From contig JBAZFB010000007.1 of the NCBI GenBank assembly GCA_041653595.1, forward strand, positions 18,527 to 82,526: a stretch of DNA of 64,000 nt, written 5' to 3'. The notes under the pieces were generated by a model. The model did no database searches. It had not been told where the DNA came from and saw only the letters and a list, made by a program, of their open reading frames with translations. The translations under genes were made by a program, and so were the position numbers. This stretch comes from Candidatus Omnitrophota bacterium. GTDB lineage: Bacteria; Omnitrophota; Gorgyraeia; Pluralincolimonadales; Pluralincolimonadaceae. Positions 50,926-60,236 of this stretch are shown in pieces (the stretch's first letter is position 1; every line of letters begins with the position of its first letter).

Positions 50926-53219
50926 GGCTGCGGCTCCTGCTTGGGCTTATCTTCGGGCTTGCCCTCGCCTGTCGGCGAGGACTGCGCATCGCCTTCTGTT
51001 TGCTTGGGCTTGCCCTCGTCTGCGGACGAGGACTGCGCATCGCCTTCTGTTTGCTTGGGCTTGTTCTCCACGTGCCGGCAGGTGGGGAACCTGGAACAAC
51101 CGTAGAACGCGCCCCGGCGCGACCTGCGTTCTACGAGCTCGCCGTCGCACCCCGGCTCCGGGCACTTTATGCCGGTCGTGACCAAAGGTTTGGCGTTCTT
51201 GCATTCGGGAAATCCTGAACAGCTCTTGAACCTGCCGCGCCTGCCCCACTTTATTATCATCTTCCGTCCGCACTTCTCGCAGACCTCATCGAGCTCCTCG
51301 ACATCTTTCTTGACGTCTTTCATCTCGACCTGGGCCTTTGAGAGCCACTGCGAAAAAGGCCCGTAGAAATCCCTGAGGACCTGCGCCCACTCGACTTTGC
51401 CTTCTTCTATCTCATCGAGCTCTTCTTCCATCTTGGCGGTGAATTCCTCGTCTATGATGACCGGGAAGCTTTGGGTGAGAAGGTCATTGACGACCGTGCC
51501 CAATTCCGTAGGCCATAGCGCTGAGCCTTCACGCCTGACGTAATTGCGGGCGACGACCGTCTCGATGGTGGGCGCGTAAGTGGAAGGGCGGCCGATGCCG
51601 TCTTCCTCGAGCGCCTTTACCAGCGAGGCGTCGGTAAATCTTGGCGGCGGTTTCGTGAAATGCTGGGTCGGGTCGAGTTTTATAAGGTCGACCGTATCGC
51701 CTATCGCGAGTTTCGGTATATATGCCTTCTTCTTGTCCTTTTCTTCCTCTTCATCGTCATACGCGGCCTTAAAGCCGGGGAATATTACAGTCGAGCCCGA
51801 AGCCCTGAACAGGCACTTTCTTGCCTCTATATCTATGGATACGACAGACATGACCGCAGGCCTCATCTGGCTGGCGATGAATTTCGCCCATATCAATTTG
51901 TATAATTTATACTGGTCGGGCGTGAGATATTGCTTTATCGCGTCCGGCTCCCTGGCGGCCGAGGACGGGCGGATCGCCTCGTGGGCTTCCTGCGCGGCTT
52001 TTTTGGACTTATATACATTCGCTTCGGGAGGAAGATAATCTTTCCCGAATTTGTCTTTTATGTAGAACCTTGCCTCCTCTATCGCGGAGAAGGCCACTTT
52101 TACCGAGTCGGTCCTCATGTAAGTGATGAGACCGACAGTGCCCTCGGTCCCGATATCGAGGCCTTCGTAGAGCTGCTGGGCTATCTTCATCGTCTTCCCG
52201 GCCCTGTAATGCAGTTTATTGAAGGATTCCTGCTGCATCTTCGAGGTAGTGAAAGGGGCCTGCGGGTTCATCCTCTTCTCGGTTTCCTTTATATCCTTTA
52301 CCGTATATTTCGCGCCTGAGAGCTCCGCAAGTATCTTATCCGAAGACGCTTTATCTTTAACCTCGGCCTTCGCGTCGTTGATCTTATCCAGCTGCGCGAA
52401 AAAGGATTTCTTATCTTTTTTCTTCTTGAGTTCCGCTTCGAGTTCCCAATATTCAACCGCGACGAACGCCTGTATCTCGCGCTCGCGGTCGACGATGAGT
52501 TTTACCGCGACCGACTGGACCCTTCCCGCGCTCAATCCGCGCGTTATCTTTTTCCAGAGGAGCGGGCTTAAAGAGTAGCCGACTATCCTGTCGAGGACGC
52601 GGCGGGCCTGCTGGGCATTTACCAGCTTGATATCTATCTCGGCGGGATTATCGAAAGCTTCGAGTATCGCCTTCTTCGTTATCTCGTGGAATACGACCCT
52701 CTTGACCTTTTTGTTCTTCCCGAGATACCCGGCCAGGTGCCAGCCTATAGCTTCGCCTTCGCGGTCAGGGTCGGTCGCGATATAAATGGTGTCTTTGTCC
52801 TTCGCTTCGGCCTTCAACTCGCTGAGCAATTTTTTCTTTTTAGCGATCACTTTATAGGTAGGCGTGAAATTGTTCTCTATGTCAATTCCCATCTTTCGCA
52901 TGGGCAGGTCGATGACGTGGCCCATGGATGAGCGGACGGTGTAACCTTTACCGAGGAACTTTTCTATCGTTTTGGCTTTTGCCGGCGACTCGACTATGAC
53001 CAGGGCGCCGCCCTTGCCGCCGCCTACAGGCAGGATTATCTCGACCTTGTCGCCTTCTTTAAGTTTCACGGAATCATATTTCGACCTGTCGAGTATATTG
53101 AGGTTCAATTCGACGGCCGCGTATTTCACGTCGGCCTTAAGGTCCGAGATGAGCCCGGCGACCGTAATGCCGTCATCGGCCTGGATATCTTTTCCGTTCA
53201 CGCATATCTTTATCATCAA
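50922..53219 (-). CDS. topA: DNA topoisomerase I with an in-frame N-terminal ThiS/MoaD-like ubiquitin-fold domain (68 aa ending in GGG) and a C-terminal Lys/Pro-rich tandem repeat
   Basis: Residues 1-68 (MMIKICVNGKDIQADDGITVAGLISDLKADVKYAAVELNLNILDRSKYDSVKLKEGDKVEIILPVGGG) have ThiS length and the terminal Gly-Gly. They run without a stop into the TopA Toprim start ALVIVESPAKAKTIEKFLG. Two Zn-ribbon motifs. C-terminal 17-aa repeats GKPKQTEGDAQSS... Confidence 0.9.
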   Translation of the reverse strand: MMIKICVNGKDIQADDGITVAGLISDLKADVKYAAVELNLNILDRSKYDSVKLKEGDKVEIILPVGGGKGGALVIVESPAKAKTIEKFLGKGYTVRSSMGHVIDLPMRKMGIDIENNFTPTYKVIAKKKKLLSELKAEAKDKDTIYIATDPDREGEAIGWHLAGYLGKNKKVKRVVFHEITKKAILEAFDNPAEIDIKLVNAQQARRVLDRIVGYSLSPLLWKKITRGLSAGRVQSVAVKLIVDREREIQAFVAVEYWELEAELKKKKDKKSFFAQLDKINDAKAEVKDKASSDKILAELSGAKYTVKDIKETEKRMNPQAPFTTSKMQQESFNKLHYRAGKTMKIAQQLYEGLDIGTEGTVGLITYMRTDSVKVAFSAIEEARFYIKDKFGKDYLPPEANVYKSKKAAQEAHEAIRPSSAAREPDAIKQYLTPDQYKLYKLIWAKFIASQMRPAVMSVVSIDIEARKCLFRASGSTVIFPGFKAAYDDEEEEKDKKKAYIPKLAIGDTVDLIKLDPTQHFTKPPPRFTDASLVKALEEDGIGRPSTYAPTIETVVARNYVRREGSALWPTELGTVVNDLLTQSFPVIIDEEFTAKMEEELDEIEEGKVEWAQVLRDFYGPFSQWLSKAQVEMKDVKKDVEELDEVCEKCGRKMIIKWGRRGRFKSCSGFPECKNAKPLVTTGIKCPEPGCDGELVERRSRRGAFYGCSRFPTCRHVENKPKQTEGDAQSSSADEGKPKQTEGDAQSSPTGEGKPEDKPKQEPQP
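50940..51069 (-). repeat. 51-bp tandem direct repeat (2 full copies plus partials) encoding the 17-aa C-terminal repeat of TopA
   Basis: Near-identical units seen directly: cttgggcttgccctcg(c/t)ctg(t/c)gg(c/a)gaggactgcgcatcgccttctgtttg. Confidence 0.7.
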
Positions 53220-54319
53220 CTTTTCCTTACGTACGATTTGCCGGGCAGCTGCGCGATGATGCCTTTGAGCTCGAGCTTGGTAAGGCTGTGCATAACTTCG
53301 GCGACGGGAAGCCCTGTCCCGTCCACTATCTCATCTATATTTACGGGTGTCCCGCTTAATCTCACGAATACATCCTCTTCCTGCCGGCCCAGCCCGCCGG
53401 GAATACGCTCCGGCTCTTCCGGCCTTTCCGCCTTCATATGGCCTCTGATGACATCGCCCAGCTCCTCTATGACGTCATCGGCCGACTCGACGAGTTTGGC
53501 GCCCTGCCTTATCAGCATATTCGTCCCGGCAGAGGTCGCTGCGCGCGCCTGCCCGGGGACAGCAAATAACTCTCTTCCCTGCTCCAGCGCGAAATCTGTC
53601 GTGATCAAGGCGCCTGAATTCTTCGCGGCCTCCACGACTACCACGCCCAGCGAAAGTCCGCTTATTATCCTGTTCCTTCTCGGGAAATTATCCTTATACG
53701 GTTCCATCGCCATCGGGAACTCCGAGACGACCGCGCCGTTCTTTGAGATCTCTTCGGCCAGCCCCATATGCTCTTCCGGATAGATATTAGCGAGGCCGCT
53801 GCCGAGCACAGCTATGGTCCTGCCTTTGGCTTTCAGCGCGCCCTTATGGCCGGCCGCGTCTATGCCGCGAGCCAACCCCGAGACGACGGTCATGCCGTGA
53901 GCGGCCAATTCATAGCCCAGCCTCTCGGCGGTCTGCAGGCCGTAACGGCTCGCGTGCCTCGAGCCGACTATACCTATGGAATACCTGTCCTCGGCCGTCA
54001 ATTCCCCTTTTACGTAAAGGATGATCGGAGGGTCATAGATATCTTTAAGGTTTACAGGGTAATCTTTATCAAGATAAGAGATCACTTTGACGTTGCGCCT
54101 CTCGATAAGCTTCATCTCGCCCTTGAGTGCTTTATCTTTATCGCAACTTATTATCGCGCTTGAGACCTTCGGGCCTATCTGGTCTACTTTCTCTAATTCT
54201 GCTTTCGTGGCGGAGAATATCTTTTCAACTGCCCCAAAGTGCTTCATCAGATTATTAAACCTAATAAAACCTATATCGGGAATACAATTTAAAACTATCA
54301 AAAGCTCTTTTTCGTTCAT
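53216..54319 (-). CDS. dprA: DNA processing protein DprA (Smf)
   Basis: Rossmann-like DprA core (IGIVGSRHASRYG, VVSGLARGIDAAGH) and a C-terminal winged-helix-like tail. Its stop overlaps the topA start (ATGA). Confidence 0.9.
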   Translation of the reverse strand: MNEKELLIVLNCIPDIGFIRFNNLMKHFGAVEKIFSATKAELEKVDQIGPKVSSAIISCDKDKALKGEMKLIERRNVKVISYLDKDYPVNLKDIYDPPIILYVKGELTAEDRYSIGIVGSRHASRYGLQTAERLGYELAAHGMTVVSGLARGIDAAGHKGALKAKGRTIAVLGSGLANIYPEEHMGLAEEISKNGAVVSEFPMAMEPYKDNFPRRNRIISGLSLGVVVVEAAKNSGALITTDFALEQGRELFAVPGQARAATSAGTNMLIRQGAKLVESADDVIEELGDVIRGHMKAERPEEPERIPGGLGRQEEDVFVRLSGTPVNIDEIVDGTGLPVAEVMHSLTKLELKGIIAQLPGKSYVRKS

Positions 54320-54840
54320 TAAGAGATCTCCCCGTCTTCTTTAAGTAGGGATATTATTTTTTCCGCGACTTCATCGACGCTCAAATTGTCGGTATCTATC
54401 CTGTGGTCAGCCTGAGCATAGAATTCCGCGCGTTTCGCTAACAGCTCGGAGATCTTTTCCTTGGGATCGCTTACGTTGAGCAAAGGCCGGTGGGTGTGGC
54501 CTTTCGTCCTTTCCAGGATCTTGGCCGGTGACGCGTCAAGATAGAATAAGATGCCATTCGATTTCAAATTAACGACATTTTCCTTATCGATAACGGCGCC
54601 TCCGCCGGTGCCGGTAACGACACCCGTATACAAGGAGGCCATCTCCTTCACGGCATCTTTCTCGACTTTCCTGAAGTAGGGCTCACCTTTCTTGGCAAAT
54701 ATCTCGGCGATAGGCATGCCTTCGCGCTTCTCGATCTTCTCATCGAGGTCAACAAAATCCCTTTTGAGTAATCCGGCAAGCGCCTTTCCAACGGCTGTCT
54801 TGCCTGCGCCCATGAACCCGACTAATATTATGTTTTTCAT
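54319..54840 (-). CDS. aroK: shikimate kinase
   Basis: MKNIILVGFMGAGKTAVGK P-loop, 173 aa. Confidence 0.9.
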   Translation of the reverse strand: MKNIILVGFMGAGKTAVGKALAGLLKRDFVDLDEKIEKREGMPIAEIFAKKGEPYFRKVEKDAVKEMASLYTGVVTGTGGGAVIDKENVVNLKSNGILFYLDASPAKILERTKGHTHRPLLNVSDPKEKISELLAKRAEFYAQADHRIDTDNLSVDEVAEKIISLLKEDGEIS

Positions 54841-54857
54841 CTTTTTAATATTTCTAT

Positions 54858-54954
54858 GTTGAAATTTAAGTCTCGCTTGGCCTTATTTATTACTCGCTTC
54901 ATCCGATATCTACTGCGTCATAAACCGGCCCTGCGCGAGACATTAAATTTCAAC
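54858..54954. repeat. 12-bp perfect inverted repeat (GTTGAAATTTAA ... TTAAATTTCAAC), extended by GTCTCGC/GCGAGAC, enclosing ~60 nt in the aroC-aroK intergenic region; candidate structured RNA
   Basis: Arms at 54858-54869 and 54943-54954. Inner arms at 54871-54877 and 54935-54941. AT-rich 124-bp spacer. The aroK leader after the stem has no Shine-Dalgarno. Confidence 0.5.
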
Positions 54955-54964
54955 TTCGACATAT

Positions 54965-56011
54965 TCAAAATCCTTTCACCTGCTTTATGTATCCGTCGAA
55001 ATTGCGCTTCATCTCCTTTAAGGAATCTCCGCCGAACTTCTCAGCCATCGCGCAAGCCGTGACGAACGCGAGCGCCGCTTCCCCTACCACGGATACGGCA
55101 TGCACCGCGCATACGTCGTGCCTCTCGACCTGTGCCTCGGCCTTCTTCTTCGTCTTTATGTCTACGGTTTCCAGCGGGGTTCCCAGCGTAGCGATAGGTT
55201 TCATCGCTATCTTCACTATTATGGGCTCGCCGTTGCTGATGCCGCCTTCTATCCCGCCCGCGTTATTGGACTTGCGCGAGAAACCGCCTTGTTTATCCAG
55301 GATTATCTCGTCGTGCACCTTGGAGCCGGGGAGTCTCGCCGCGGCGAAACCTAGGCCTATCTCCACGCCCTTTATCGCCTGTATCGACATCATAGCGCCC
55401 GCGATTATCGCGTCGAGGCGCCTGTCCGACTGGACATGGCTTCCCAGGCCGATAGGCACACCCGCGGCCGTTATCTCGCAGATGCCGCCGATGGTATCGC
55501 CGGTCTTCGCGCATTCCTCGACCTTCTTCAACATATCCTTCTGGTTTACGGCGCCGCCAATCTCGATGACATGGCTGGCTATCCTTATGCCGAACTCCTC
55601 CAAAAGCATCTTGCAGATGGCCCCTACGGCGACGCGCATCGCCGTCTCGCGCGCGCTCGCCCTCTCCAATATGTCGCGGATGTCCTCCCTATCGTATTTT
55701 ATTACCCCGGCCAGATCGGCGTGCCCGGGCCGCGGCCTTGTGACGGCCGGGAGGCTGTCTATCGAGGCATCCTTGTTCTCAATAGATAATGCGATAGGAC
55801 TGCCGATAGTGATGCCTTTTCGCAGGCCGCCAAGTATCTGGACGGTATCCGACTCTATGGCCATCCTGGCCCCGCGCCCGAAACCGGACTGCCTGCGTTT
55901 GAGCTCGAGGTTTATCTGCCCTCTTTCTACCTTAAGGCCGGCCGGCATACCCTCGAGGATGCCGAGTAATACCTTTCCGTGAGATTCCCCAGCGGTCAAA
56001 TATCTTAACAT
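54965..56011 (-). CDS. aroC: chorismate synthase
   Basis: MLRYLTAGESHGK N-terminus and conserved chorismate synthase core, 348 aa. Confidence 0.95.
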   Translation of the reverse strand: MLRYLTAGESHGKVLLGILEGMPAGLKVERGQINLELKRRQSGFGRGARMAIESDTVQILGGLRKGITIGSPIALSIENKDASIDSLPAVTRPRPGHADLAGVIKYDREDIRDILERASARETAMRVAVGAICKMLLEEFGIRIASHVIEIGGAVNQKDMLKKVEECAKTGDTIGGICEITAAGVPIGLGSHVQSDRRLDAIIAGAMMSIQAIKGVEIGLGFAAARLPGSKVHDEIILDKQGGFSRKSNNAGGIEGGISNGEPIIVKIAMKPIATLGTPLETVDIKTKKKAEAQVERHDVCAVHAVSVVGEAALAFVTACAMAEKFGGDSLKEMKRNFDGYIKQVKGF

Positions 56012-56047
56012 TTCACATCCCTCCTATTTATAGTCAACGCTAGAGCG

Positions 56048-56827
56048 TTAACTATACGGGAAATAAAAAAGTATGTCCTCCCTGAACATGACGCACACAA
56101 AAGCCGCAAGGACAAGGAACGGGCCGTATTGTATCGTGTCCTGCTTTTTCATTAATAATTTCGGGATGCCGACGATCGAGCCGAATACCGGCGCGAGAAA
56201 GAAAGCCGCGACGGTGAGCTTCCATCCCAGGAAAGCCCCGATGAACATGAACAGCATAAGGTCCCCGCCGCCCATCGCTTCCTTTTTATAAGCTATCCTC
56301 CCGAGCGCACCGATAAGGAAAAGTGACACAAAACCGAATACCATCCCGAAAAACGAATCGCCTAAGGCCCAGAGCCTCGAGGCCTCCCCTTGAAGCCTCG
56401 GGTACGCCGCGCTCACAATCAGCCCTAAGACCGCCCCGGGTATGGTAAGCTCGTCGGGTATTATCCAGTGCTCGATATCTATGAACGATACTATTATAAG
56501 GACCGAAAAGAGCGCCGCATATATCGCGAAGTCGGGGCTCGCTTTGTATCTCCAGTAGGCGGCGGTAAACATCAGCGCTGTCAGCGCCTCGACCGCGAAA
56601 TACCTGAAAGATATCTTCGCCTTGCAATAGGCGCACCTGCCGCGGAGCACCAAATAGCTCACGAACGGGATGTTCAGGTACCACGGTATCGGCCTCCGGC
56701 ATCCCGGGCAATGCGACGCGGGAAATACTATCGACTCGCCGCGCGGCATCCTGTATATGCATACGTTAAGAAAACTGCCGACTATCGAGCCGGCCAAAAA
56801 CACGAAGACGTAGATTATCGCCGTCAT
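56048..56827 (-). CDS. pilD: prepilin peptidase (A24 family, PilD/GspO)
   Basis: N-terminal Zn-finger CPGCRRPIPW...CAYCK and an aspartate-containing polytopic core, 259 aa. Confidence 0.9.
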   Translation of the reverse strand: MTAIIYVFVFLAGSIVGSFLNVCIYRMPRGESIVFPASHCPGCRRPIPWYLNIPFVSYLVLRGRCAYCKAKISFRYFAVEALTALMFTAAYWRYKASPDFAIYAALFSVLIIVSFIDIEHWIIPDELTIPGAVLGLIVSAAYPRLQGEASRLWALGDSFFGMVFGFVSLFLIGALGRIAYKKEAMGGGDLMLFMFIGAFLGWKLTVAAFFLAPVFGSIVGIPKLLMKKQDTIQYGPFLVLAAFVCVMFREDILFYFPYS

Positions 56828-57693
56828 TTCCTTATGGCTTTCTTTAGCGCCGCGCGCATCACCGCTACAGGCGCCTTCTTCCCGGTGAAGTGTTCAAATG
56901 AAAGCACGCCCTGGTACAAAAGCATGCCCAGCCCGTTCGATGCTTTTATCCCCCTCTTTTTGGCCTCTTTCAACAACGGCGTCGCCGGAGGGTTATATAC
57001 GATATCGTAAACCGCCAGGTCCTTGTGCAGGGCCTTGGGATCCACGATACACGGGTCGCCCTTATGCATCCCGACCGGGCTCGCGTTGACCAGCAGGTCC
57101 GAACCGAGGACCTCCTCGTCTATGCGCGACCTCAGGAACGGGATATGCTTCGTGCCGCAGCGCGGGAAATCTTTTTTGGTCTTTGCCGCGAGGTCTTTCG
57201 CCCTCTTCTCTATCTGGTCGACAAAAGTGACGGACTTCGCGCCCTCCCTCGCGAGGACGAACGCTATCGCCTTCGCCGCCCCGCCTGCGCCGAAGAGCAA
57301 AACCGATTTGCCTTTGGGATTTGCCTTCAGGTCGTTTTTCAGCGAACGGATGAACCCCTCCCCGTCCGTGTTATAGGCCCTGGCCTTACCCTTCCTGAAG
57401 ACTATCGTGTTCGCGGCGCCGATCCCCTTCACCTCAGGCGAAAGCTCGTCTACAAGCGGCAAGACCGCTTGTTTATGCGGTATCGTAACGTTGATACCCG
57501 AGACCCCAAGCGCCTTCAGGCTGCGGAACGCGGACTTAAGCGCGCGCGGCGGGACCTCGAACGGGATGTATACGGCATCTATCCCCAGAGAAGCGAATGC
57601 CGCATTTTGAAAATGCGGCGATAGTGTGTGCTTGACCGGGAACCCTATTATCCCGAAGACCTCGGTCTTTCCGCTTAATTTTTTAGATCTCAA
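56824..57693 (-). CDS. aroE: shikimate dehydrogenase
   Basis: N-terminal substrate domain (GIIGFPVKHTLSP) and NADP Rossmann motif (LLFGAGGAAKAIA), 289 aa. Confidence 0.9.
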   Translation of the reverse strand: MRSKKLSGKTEVFGIIGFPVKHTLSPHFQNAAFASLGIDAVYIPFEVPPRALKSAFRSLKALGVSGINVTIPHKQAVLPLVDELSPEVKGIGAANTIVFRKGKARAYNTDGEGFIRSLKNDLKANPKGKSVLLFGAGGAAKAIAFVLAREGAKSVTFVDQIEKRAKDLAAKTKKDFPRCGTKHIPFLRSRIDEEVLGSDLLVNASPVGMHKGDPCIVDPKALHKDLAVYDIVYNPPATPLLKEAKKRGIKASNGLGMLLYQGVLSFEHFTGKKAPVAVMRAALKKAIRK

Positions 57694-59215
57694 TTTTCAA
57701 TCTCTTGTTTTCCTTATGCAGCAATTTGTTCACCGCGTTGAGGTACGCCTTCGCGCTCGCCTCGATGACATCCGTGGAAGCCGATTTGCCTATAGCCTCC
57801 TTATCCTTCGAGCGCACGCGCACCGTGACCTCGCCCAACGCGTCCTTGCCCTTGGTCACCGCCTGTATCGAATAATCCATCATCTCGCCTTTAGTCTTGG
57901 TTATCTTGTCTATCGCCTTGCAGCAGGCGTCGACAGGGCCGTCGCCCCCGGCCTCGGCGGTCTTTATGCCGGCCTTCGAGCGGAGTCTCACTTCGGCGAC
58001 AGGGGCGACATCCGTCCCCGCGGTCGTATGGAAAGAGACCAATTTCCATGTCTCGCTGACCCCGCCGGTCCCCTCTTCAACAAGGGTCTCGAGGTCCTCG
58101 TCATAGATGGACTTCTTTTTATCGGCCAATACCTTGAAACGCCCGAACGCCTTCTCGATCTCAGTTTCGCTCAAAGAATATCCGAGCTTCTTTATCTTAT
58201 CCATAAAAGCGTGGCGGCCCGAATGCTTTCCCAATACGAGGCTCGAGGCGCTCAACCCTATCTCCTGCGGGCTCATTATCTCGTAGGTCGTGCGCTTTTT
58301 TAATATGCCGTCCTGGTGTATGCCGGACTCGTGCGCGAACGCGTTCTGCCCGACTATCGCCTTGTTCGGCTGGACCATGATGCCGGTCAACTTCGAAACG
58401 AGCCTGCTCGCCTTCGAGATCTCTTCCGTCACTATGCCGGTAGAGAAGTTTTCGAAGAAATCGTTCCTGGTCTTTATGACCATGACGATCTCCTCCATCG
58501 ACGCGTTGCCTGCGCGCTCCCCGATGCCGTTTATCGTGCACTCGACCTGCCGCGCGCCGTTCTTTACCGCGGCGATGGAATTCGCGACCGCGAGCCCGAG
58601 GTCATTATGGCAATGGACGCTGATCACCGCCCTGCCGATGTTCGGAACATGGTTCTTTATGTCGCGTATCAAGGCGCCGAATTCATCGGGTATCGCGTAA
58701 CCGACCGTATCCGGGACGTTTATCGTTGTAGCGCCGGCAATTATCACCCGCTCGATGACGCGGTAGAGGAAATCCTTCTCGCTCCGCGAAGCATCCTCAG
58801 GCGAGAACTCCACGTCATCGGTAAAGTTCCGGGCGTATTTCACCCCTTCGACGGCGAGTTTTACGATCTCGTCCTCGGCCTTACGCAATTTGTACTTCAT
58901 GTGTATCTTCGACGTCGCAAGAAAAACATGTATGCGTTTCTTCTTCGCCGGCTTGATCGCCGCGCCGGCCGCCTCGATGTCTTTCTTCATGCAGCGCGCG
59001 AGGCCGCAGATGACAGGCCCTTTTATCTTTTCGGCGATGGACTTTACCGCCGCGAAATCGCCGGGCGATGATACCGGGAAACCCGCCTCTATGACGTCCA
59101 CGTTGAGGCGGACGAGCTGCCTTGCCACCTCGAGCTTCTCATGGTCTTCAAGCGAAGCGCCGGGGCACTGCTCGCCGTCGCGCAATGTCGTGTCGAATAT
59201 TATTATCTTTTCCAT
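57683..59215 (-). CDS. leuA: 2-isopropylmalate synthase (LeuA/CimA family, with C-terminal regulatory domain)
   Basis: DRE-TIM barrel (IFDTTLRDGEQ, HCHNDLGLAVANS) plus the LeuA dimer/regulatory domain, 510 aa. Position next to ilvC. Citramalate synthase cannot be excluded. Confidence 0.85.
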   Translation of the reverse strand: MEKIIIFDTTLRDGEQCPGASLEDHEKLEVARQLVRLNVDVIEAGFPVSSPGDFAAVKSIAEKIKGPVICGLARCMKKDIEAAGAAIKPAKKKRIHVFLATSKIHMKYKLRKAEDEIVKLAVEGVKYARNFTDDVEFSPEDASRSEKDFLYRVIERVIIAGATTINVPDTVGYAIPDEFGALIRDIKNHVPNIGRAVISVHCHNDLGLAVANSIAAVKNGARQVECTINGIGERAGNASMEEIVMVIKTRNDFFENFSTGIVTEEISKASRLVSKLTGIMVQPNKAIVGQNAFAHESGIHQDGILKKRTTYEIMSPQEIGLSASSLVLGKHSGRHAFMDKIKKLGYSLSETEIEKAFGRFKVLADKKKSIYDEDLETLVEEGTGGVSETWKLVSFHTTAGTDVAPVAEVRLRSKAGIKTAEAGGDGPVDACCKAIDKITKTKGEMMDYSIQAVTKGKDALGEVTVRVRSKDKEAIGKSASTDVIEASAKAYLNAVNKLLHKENKRLKIEI

Positions 59216-59246
59216 TTTTTCTGGTGCTTTGCACCACCTCGCTATT

Positions 59247-60236
59247 TTATTTTATCCAGGGCATCATCTTACGGAGCTTCTTGCCGACGACCTCTATAAG
59301 ATGGTTTTCATCCCTTTTCATTAACTTGTCAAAGTTCTTCCTTCCGGTCTCGTTCTCTTCCAGCCATTCCTTCGCGAACGCGCCGGATTGTATATCCTTG
59401 AGTATCTTCTTCATCTCTGCGCGGGCCGCGTCGGTCACTATCCTCTTGCCGCGCGTAAGGTCGCCGTATTTGGCGGTATCAGAGACGCGCTGGCGCATCC
59501 CCTGTATGCCCGTCGAGTAGATCAGGTCGGTGATGAGCTTAAGCTCGTGCAAACACTCGAAATAAGCGATCTCGGGCTGGTATCCCGCCTCGACCAGCGT
59601 ATCGAAACCGGCCATGATGAGCTCGGTCACGCCGCCGCAGAGGACGACCTGTTCGCCGAACAGGTCCGTCTCGACCTCTTCCTTGAACGTCGTCTCAATG
59701 ACGCCTGCCCTCGTGCCGCCTATGCCTTTGGCGTAAGCGAGCGCCGTCTTCAGGGCGTTGCCGCTGTGGTCCTGGTATATAGCGACCAGGCACGGGACGC
59801 CTTTGCCTTCCTCGAACTGGGTCCTTACAAGCGCGCCCGGCCCTTTAGGCGCTATCATAAAGACATCGACATTCTTCGGCGGGACTATCCCCCTGAAATG
59901 GATGTTGAAGCCGTGCGAAAAATTGAGCGCCTTCCCCTCGGTCAGGTGCTTCTCGACGAACGATTTATATATCTTCGCCTGGAGGTGGTCCTGCGTGAGT
60001 ATCTGGATCACGTGCGCCTCTTTCGAGGCCGTCTCGGCGGACATCGGCTTGAAGCCGTCCTTGACCGCCTGCTCGTAGTTCGGCGTCCCCTCGAGTTCGG
60101 AAACGATGACCTCTACGCCGCTGTCCTTAAGGTTCAGCGCCTGGGCGCGGCCCTGGTTGCCGTATCCGACTATCGCTACTTTCTTCCCCTTCAAAAAGTT
60201 CAGGTCCGCGTCTTTGTCATAATATATCTTCAACAT
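59247..60236 (-). CDS. ilvC: ketol-acid reductoisomerase
   Basis: [21 protein letters not shown] Rossmann motif, 329 aa. Confidence 0.95.
   Translation of the reverse strand: MLKIYYDKDADLNFLKGKKVAIVGYGNQGRAQALNLKDSGVEVIVSELEGTPNYEQAVKDGFKPMSAETASKEAHVIQILTQDHLQAKIYKSFVEKHLTEGKALNFSHGFNIHFRGIVPPKNVDVFMIAPKGPGALVRTQFEEGKGVPCLVAIYQDHSGNALKTALAYAKGIGGTRAGVIETTFKEEVETDLFGEQVVLCGGVTELIMAGFDTLVEAGYQPEIAYFECLHELKLITDLIYSTGIQGMRQRVSDTAKYGDLTRGKRIVTDAARAEMKKILKDIQSGAFAKEWLEENETGRKNFDKLMKRDENHLIEVVGKKLRKMMPWIK

Noticed and set aside
50940-51069. Possible CRISPR-like repeats
   Set aside because: There are only ~2.5 copies of a 51-bp unit with no spacers. They are in frame inside topA and encode a 17-aa protein repeat, so this is a coding tandem duplication, not a CRISPR array.
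54841-54964. tRNA or small plus-strand ORF (54856..) in the 124-bp aroC-aroK gap
   Set aside because: No GTTCGA T-loop or D-loop motifs on either strand and the sequence is too AT-rich for a tRNA. The 68-aa plus ORF runs antisense into aroC and has no RBS.
57683-59215. Assigning this firmly as LeuA rather than citramalate synthase CimA
   Set aside because: LeuA and CimA cannot be distinguished by eye from the sequence. The ilv context fits either. The call is left at family level.
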